Shown: positions 59,057-64,000 of the stretch, piece after piece
Numbering within the stretch: position 1 is the stretch's first letter
Layout of the letters: the number at the start of each line of letters is the position of its first letter
Source: Fibrobacteria bacterium
GTDB lineage: Bacteria; Fibrobacterota; Fibrobacteria; UBA5070
Length of the DNA: 64,000 nt
NCBI GenBank assembly: GCA_035352895.1
Contig: DAOPYN010000007.1
Coordinates: forward strand, 44,656-108,655
Direction of reading: 5' to 3'
Made by a program: the position numbers and the translations under genes
Notes under the pieces: model-generated
The model's database searches: none
What the model saw: only the letters and a program-made list of their open reading frames with translations
Told to the model about the DNA's origin: nothing

Positions 59057-60340
59057 ATGCCTGCGGGTTTTCGAAGCGCGGGTACGTTCCATGCAATCGA
59101 GGATCTTGTGAACGAATCGTATATCCAGAAGCTGTTCGCCGAGCGGATCGGCGGCGAAAACTACGGCAAGTCCAACGCCATCTACAAGTTCGAGAAGATC
59201 AAGCGTGCGAAGCGCCAAGCCATCGCGGACTTCCCCAATCGTCCCTTGATCGATTTCGGAATCGGTGAAAACGACGAAATGGCTCCCGCTCCGGTTCGTG
59301 CGGCGCTCAAGCGGGAGGTCGATGTTCCTTCCAACCGCGGCTACGCGGACAACGGCATTCTTCCGTACCAGGAAGCCGCCGCGCGCTACATGGAACGCAA
59401 CTTCGGGGTCAAGTTGGACCCCGCCACCCAGATCCTGCATACCATCGGCTCCAAGCCGGCGTACGCCTTGCTTCCGGCCGTTTTCATCAATCCGGGGGAC
59501 GTGACCCTCTTCACGGTTCCGGGGTACCCCGTGGCGGGAACCTGGACACGGTATCTGGGCGGCATCGTCCACAACCTCCCCCTGCTCCCGGAAAACGACT
59601 TTTTCCCGGACCTGGACACCATCCCGGCGGAAGTCCTGGCCAAGGCCAAGATCCTGGTCATCAACTACCCGAACAGCCCCTCCGGCAAGACCGCCACCCG
59701 GGCCTTCTACGAGAAAGTCGTCGCTTTCGCCAAGGCGCACAACATCGTGGTGATCCAGGACGCGGCCCACCTGCCCTTCACCCACGGCGCCAAACCCCTG
59801 TCCTTCCTGGAAATTCCCGGCGCCATGGATGTCGGCGTGGAAGTCCACTCGATGAGCAAGGGCTGGCACATGATCGGGTGGCGGTTGGGCTTCGTCGCCG
59901 GCAATCCGCTGGTGATCAAGGCCCTGGGAGATGTCAAGGACAACTCGGATTCCGGACAGTTCAAGGCCATCCAGATGGCCGCCGCCGCCGCGCTGGACGA
60001 CGACTCCCTCTGGAAGGCAGCCCAGCAGAAGTACCAGCGCCGCCAGGAAATGCTGGTGGAACGTCTGCGCGCGTTGGGCTTCGACGCCCGAATGCCCGAA
60101 GGAACGTATTTCCTGTACGCGAAGGCGCCCAAGGGCATCGAGAACGGCCCCGTGTTCGAGCATGCCGAAGCGGCCAGCCAGTGGTTCATCCGGGAGAAGA
60201 GCATCGTCACCGTGCCCTTCGACGACATCGGACCCCACCTGCGCTTTTCCGTGACCTACGAAGCCCCCACCCTCGCCGACGAGAAGGCCTACATGGACGC
60301 CTTTTCCGAGCGACTCGCTGGGATCCGATTCCAGTTCTGA
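59057..60340 (+). CDS. Class I/II PLP aminotransferase, LL-diaminopimelate aminotransferase (DapL)-like
   Basis: Fold-type I aminotransferase with SMSKGW (PLP-lysine) motif. Its size (427 aa) and N-terminal region are reminiscent of DapL. The subfamily was not confirmed. Confidence 0.7.
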   Translation: MPAGFRSAGTFHAIEDLVNESYIQKLFAERIGGENYGKSNAIYKFEKIKRAKRQAIADFPNRPLIDFGIGENDEMAPAPVRAALKREVDVPSNRGYADNGILPYQEAAARYMERNFGVKLDPATQILHTIGSKPAYALLPAVFINPGDVTLFTVPGYPVAGTWTRYLGGIVHNLPLLPENDFFPDLDTIPAEVLAKAKILVINYPNSPSGKTATRAFYEKVVAFAKAHNIVVIQDAAHLPFTHGAKPLSFLEIPGAMDVGVEVHSMSKGWHMIGWRLGFVAGNPLVIKALGDVKDNSDSGQFKAIQMAAAAALDDDSLWKAAQQKYQRRQEMLVERLRALGFDARMPEGTYFLYAKAPKGIENGPVFEHAEAASQWFIREKSIVTVPFDDIGPHLRFSVTYEAPTLADEKAYMDAFSERLAGIRFQF

Positions 60341-62166
60341 TGGCATCCAACGCGTCCTACGCCCCGGCCGCCGCGCTCAAGCGCCTGGTTCGCGGCTCCT
60401 CGCTTCTGGCGTCCGCTGGATTCCTGCGCGACGGTGCAGCCGCATTCCGCACCAGGTCCCTCTCCGCACCGGAAACCCTGCAGCTGGAACGCCAGGGTTG
60501 CGTCTGCGGCGATTGGACCCGCGTGCGAGTCCAGGATGGATTCGACCCCGTCCATGTCCGGGAAACCACGTTCGAAGGGGATGTCTCGCTCCCCCGCTTC
60601 TCCGGCACCGTGATGCTCCCGGGCCATGTGAGCCTGCCCACCGGGATCCGTCGCGCGCACATCCGGGACGCGGTGATCGGAAATTGCTGCATCCACGATG
60701 TGGGGATCCTGGCGCGGCAAGTGGTCCAGGACGCGGCGGTGGTCTTCCGCGTGGGTTCGCTGGTCGCCTCGGGCACTTCGGCGTTCGCCACCGGCTCCAA
60801 GATCCAGGTGGGCCTGGAAACGGGGGAACGAAGCATCCCTCTGTTCGCGGAAATGGACATGGAACTCGCCGCCTGGCTCGCATTCCATCCCGAATCCTCC
60901 CCGGAGCGGATGGCCTACGAAGACGCATTGACCACCCACGCGGAGACCATCCGCCACGGGGCAGGATGGGTAGGCGAGGGCGCACAGCTTTGCAACACCG
61001 TATCCGTCCGCAACGCCTGGATCGGTCCCCACGCCCGCGTCGACGGCGCCCAACTGGTGCGGGACACGGCAGTCCTGTCCAGCATCGAATCCCCTTCGCA
61101 GATCCGCGAAGGCGCCGTGGTCGAGCACTCCGTTCTCCAGTGCGGAGTCCGGATCCGCACCATGGCGATCGTGCGCAAGGCGCTCTTCTGCGAAGCCTCC
61201 GGAGCCAGTCGCCATGCCAAGGTCCTGGACGCCGTGGTGGGTGCCAACACGGAAATCCAGGAAGGCGAGCTGACCAGCTCCATCCTGGGGCCTCTGGTGG
61301 GATTCCATCATCAGTCCATGGTGATCGCCTGCCTTTGGCCGGAAGGCCGGGGCAACGTGGGACACGGGGCCGCATTGGGCTCCAACCACACCGGACGCCG
61401 CGCCGACCAGGAGCTTCGTCCCGGCGAAGGTCAGTTCTTCGGGTTGTGCAGCCAGGTACAATTTCCGTCAGACTTCTCCGAAGCCCCTTGGAGCCTCGTC
61501 GCCATGGGCACCAGGGTTCCTCCGGGTTCGGTCAAACTCCCCTTCTCGCTGGTGGTTTCCGACCCGGGCCATTCCCTGGTCAGGATCCGTCCCGGCTGGA
61601 TGTGGCTGCAGAACGCGTACTCCCTGGAACGTGCGGAATCGAAGCTGGGCAGCCGCGACCGCACCCATAACAAGATCTGTCAACAGCCCCTGTTCCATCG
61701 GGGGATCCTGGAGAAGGTGAAATCGGCTCGCGATCTCCTCCGTGCCGTCCAAGGCACCCAGGAATGGTGGACGGCGAAGGAACTGCCGGCGGTGGGCCCC
61801 GGGAGGATGTCCGAAGCCGACCGGCTCGCCGGCATCGACGCATACACGGAATGCCTGACCTTGATCACGCTGCGCGCCACGATGTCCGGCTCCGATCCGG
61901 AATTGTCCGCCTGGTCCCGATCCTTCCTCCGGGAAGAATTCCCCGACCTTTCCCTCGACGAACTCCTCGAACGCCTTCCCGGCCTGGAACGCCTCTGGCT
62001 TCGCAGGGTGCGACGCAGTCGGGAAAAGGACGACGTCAAGGGAGCCGAAGTCTTCCTCGACTACGCTTCCGTGCACCTGCCCGCCAAGGAAGACGACATC
62101 GTCCGTCTCGCCGGCGCTCGCGCCCGGGAAACCGCCCGGCTGATCCGGTCCCGCCCCCGTGTCTGA
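60340..62166 (+). CDS. Hypothetical 608-aa protein with left-handed beta-helix (hexapeptide-repeat-like) segments; possibly DUF4954-like
   Basis: Repeating [LIV]-G-x-x-x-x-[LIV] hexads (VIGNCCIHDVGILARQVVQDAAVVFRVGSLV; NAWIGPHARVDGAQLVRDTAVLSSIE ...). Its ATG overlaps the dapL-like stop (ATGA), and its 3' end overlaps the birA start. Confidence 0.6.
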   Translation: MASNASYAPAAALKRLVRGSSLLASAGFLRDGAAAFRTRSLSAPETLQLERQGCVCGDWTRVRVQDGFDPVHVRETTFEGDVSLPRFSGTVMLPGHVSLPTGIRRAHIRDAVIGNCCIHDVGILARQVVQDAAVVFRVGSLVASGTSAFATGSKIQVGLETGERSIPLFAEMDMELAAWLAFHPESSPERMAYEDALTTHAETIRHGAGWVGEGAQLCNTVSVRNAWIGPHARVDGAQLVRDTAVLSSIESPSQIREGAVVEHSVLQCGVRIRTMAIVRKALFCEASGASRHAKVLDAVVGANTEIQEGELTSSILGPLVGFHHQSMVIACLWPEGRGNVGHGAALGSNHTGRRADQELRPGEGQFFGLCSQVQFPSDFSEAPWSLVAMGTRVPPGSVKLPFSLVVSDPGHSLVRIRPGWMWLQNAYSLERAESKLGSRDRTHNKICQQPLFHRGILEKVKSARDLLRAVQGTQEWWTAKELPAVGPGRMSEADRLAGIDAYTECLTLITLRATMSGSDPELSAWSRSFLREEFPDLSLDELLERLPGLERLWLRRVRRSREKDDVKGAEVFLDYASVHLPAKEDDIVRLAGARARETARLIRSRPRV

Positions 62167-62911
62167 AGGGTTCCGCGGAGGAACTCTCCTGCGGTTGGGA
62201 GAAGTCGATTCCACGATGTCGGTTGCCCGGGAACTGCCCCAGGATTCCGGGATGGTCACCGTGGTGGCCCAATCCCAGACCCGCGGCCGGGGACGGTTCG
62301 AGCGTGTCTGGGTTTCTCCCCCCAAGGGCGGCCTCTACTTGACCGTCCGCATGCCCTGGGACACGCGCCCGTTGGCGCAAGCCCCCTTGGTTTCGCTGGG
62401 GTGCGCCTTGGCCTTGGCCCGTCTGTGCCGGGAGCTGGGAATCGGGAGCGTGAGCCTCAAATGGCCCAACGACCTCATCCTCTCCGGCGGGAAAGCGGCC
62501 GGGATCCTGGCGGAGATGATCCATCCGCAAGGCGTTCCCGTCCTGTTGGTCGGTGTCGGAATCGATGTCGACCTCCCCGGTTCGAGCCTGGAGGGCGTGG
62601 GCCAGCCCACGACGACCCTCTCCCGGCAAGCGGGTCGGACCTTGGATTGCGAATGCATCCTCGAACGATTCCTCCAGCTGTGGAGCGAGGTCGATCGTGC
62701 GTTGGAATCCGATGGATTCGCCTGTCTGGTCGAGGAGTTCCGGAGCTTCTCCGATGTGGAAGGACGCACCTTCCGCTTGGCCGGAACCGGCCCGACCCGG
62801 CGGATCCGGGTCCGCTCCGTGCAGGACGACGGCTCCCTCGAGGTCGAATCGCTGTCGTCGGGCGAAGTCATCACCGTCTACGGCGGGGAATTGCTACCCG
62901 ATGCCACCTGA
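62159..62911 (+). CDS. birA: Biotin--[acetyl-CoA-carboxylase] ligase (BirA catalytic domain, no HTH)
   Basis: GRGRRGR-like motif QTRGRGRFERVW and KWPNDL motif. GTG start overlaps the upstream gene end. Confidence 0.8.
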   Translation: MSEGFRGGTLLRLGEVDSTMSVARELPQDSGMVTVVAQSQTRGRGRFERVWVSPPKGGLYLTVRMPWDTRPLAQAPLVSLGCALALARLCRELGIGSVSLKWPNDLILSGGKAAGILAEMIHPQGVPVLLVGVGIDVDLPGSSLEGVGQPTTTLSRQAGRTLDCECILERFLQLWSEVDRALESDGFACLVEEFRSFSDVEGRTFRLAGTGPTRRIRVRSVQDDGSLEVESLSSGEVITVYGGELLPDAT

Positions 62912-62957
62912 TGCGCATTCCGGCAACAGGCGCGGGAACGTGGTATCTTTGACCGCG

Positions 62958-64000
62958 ATGATCTCCCTCTCGCGAGCATGCGCCGTCGTTCTCTGGCTGT
63001 TTGGAACGTCATCGGCGCTTCCTACCGACGCTTTGCTGGACAGCCTGCAATTGGCCGCCCTCCAGCACGAGAAGTCGGGAGAGTTCGGCGAACGGGACAG
63101 GACGGAATCTCTCCTGGAGAACCTTTCGCGGCAACGGATCGTGGCGGACTCGTCGCCGGAGCATCCCCGTGCGCGCCTGGATGCCCTGGAACAGATGCGT
63201 GCGGAAAGAGCCAAACGCGAGGCGGAGGAGATCGCCGCCATGCGTGCGCCCCCCGTGGCGGTGGACACCCTGGCAAGCGAACCGGAGCCACCTCCCACCG
63301 CACCAGCTCCCTCCGCCCCCAAGGACAGCGCCATCGCCTCCTCGGTCCGGCCAGTCGACTCCATCGCCGCGCCCGCGATCACGCCCACGCCGAGCCTATC
63401 GTCCGCACGCTGCACTTCCGGGGTAGCCAAGTTCCGCTGGATCTCGCCACCTCCATCCGCGCTCGGCTCCAGAAAACAGGAACCGGTGGATGTCCGCGTC
63501 CAAATCGAGGCCCCCTGCGGACTCCGCAGGGTGGAGCTGTTCCTGGACGACCAATCGCAAGGACCTCTGGCCGCTTCGACTTCCAACAAGGGCGTCTTCG
63601 AATACTCCCACAAGATCCCCGCCACTCCCGGGGTGCACCGGTTGGAGATCCTCGCCTGCGATACCTTCGATCTCTGCGCCAGGAGTTCCACGGCCGAGTA
63701 TCGGATTTCCGGGCCGATCCCCCCCTGGATTCCCAGGTTGGTCGGCTTGCTGGTCGCTCTCTGCGGGTTGGTTGGACTCGGCTTGGCCCTCCGTCGCAGG
63801 CCCCACTCGAAACCGGTCTCCAGACCTCCGGGGACCTCCATCGCCCTGCCGATTCCCGACTCCACGGGGATTTCCGGAACCCTCCGACGCCGCCTCCAGC
63901 AAGTGGCCCAGGAAATCGGTCCTGCCTTTCCCGCCGTTTCGCTGCGCATCCCGGACAATCCTCCAGCATTGAACATCGACCCCGAATCCATCGGCGACGC
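62958..64000 (+). CDS. Partial (3' beyond window) hypothetical secreted/membrane-anchored protein with Pro/Ala-rich linker
   Basis: Not in the supplied ORF track because it runs off the window end. Hand translation from ATG 62958 gives MISLSRACAVVLWLFGTSSALP (signal peptide) ... EPEPPPTAPAPSAP ... and a TM segment LVGLLVALCGLVGLGLAL, with genome-typical GC3-rich codons and no stop to position 64000. Confidence 0.5.
   Translation, partial: MISLSRACAVVLWLFGTSSALPTDALLDSLQLAALQHEKSGEFGERDRTESLLENLSRQRIVADSSPEHPRARLDALEQMRAERAKREAEEIAAMRAPPVAVDTLASEPEPPPTAPAPSAPKDSAIASSVRPVDSIAAPAITPTPSLSSARCTSGVAKFRWISPPPSALGSRKQEPVDVRVQIEAPCGLRRVELFLDDQSQGPLAASTSNKGVFEYSHKIPATPGVHRLEILACDTFDLCARSSTAEYRISGPIPPWIPRLVGLLVALCGLVGLGLALRRRPHSKPVSRPPGTSIALPIPDSTGISGTLRRRLQQVAQEIGPAFPAVSLRIPDNPPALNIDPESIGD

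Overview
High-GC (about 65-70%) bacterial chromosomal window carrying a Mo-nitrogenase (nif) gene neighbourhood of about 18 kb. Genes recognised in the nif neighbourhood: a pyruvate:ferredoxin oxidoreductase (PFOR, NifJ-like) translationally coupled to a dihydroorotate-dehydrogenase (DHOD)-like flavoprotein; nifV (plus strand); a minus-strand block nifB-nifN-nifE, then a thioredoxin-like [2Fe-2S] ferredoxin, then nifK-nifD-nifH (transcription order nifH to nifD to nifK); and, divergent from nifH, draT-draG (assigned by context and family motifs) followed by a Nif11-family gene. The nitrogenase is the anaerobe (group II) type: NifD is 533 aa with the roughly 50-aa insertion, and NifK is a short 456 aa. 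No nifI1/nifI2 PII genes sit between nifH and nifD. Candidate sigma-54 (-24/-12) promoters lie upstream of nifH, draT, nifV and nifE, and a TGT-N10-ACA NifA-type upstream activator site lies in the nifH/draT divergent region. Central-metabolism genes: ilvBH, ribD, pfkA, fbaA, sucCD, a biotin-less carboxyltransferase, a dapL-like aminotransferase and birA. Envelope and transport genes: an AI-2E transporter, a SurA-like PPIase, a CPA2 antiporter, a TetR-EmrA-EmrB-TolC efflux operon, several lipoproteins, two secreted esterases and a GH3 glycosidase. There is a 2264-aa secreted repetitive protein with a PA14/fibro-slime-like domain. A TIGR02147-like gene is coupled to a large lipoprotein. Signals the gene models do not explain: (1) two tandem copies (period 176 bp) of a conserved non-coding element plus a 14-bp stem-loop between nifK and the ferredoxin gene; (2) a radical-SAM / PTP-like phosphatase dicistron divergent from ribD; (3) a mosaic lower-GC segment (about 41.4-44.5 kb) containing an imperfect direct repeat of an esterase 3' end, a palindromic operator-like site in front of a DUF4143 AAA ATPase, and a lipoprotein gene whose last roughly 300 codons switch abruptly to about 45% GC; (4) a 46%-GC FGE-sulfatase-like gene fragment at the window start; (5) a dapL / beta-helix protein / birA overlapping-gene operon. 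No rRNA, tRNA, CRISPR or transposase was recognised. All calls are from reading translations and motifs by eye. No database search was run.
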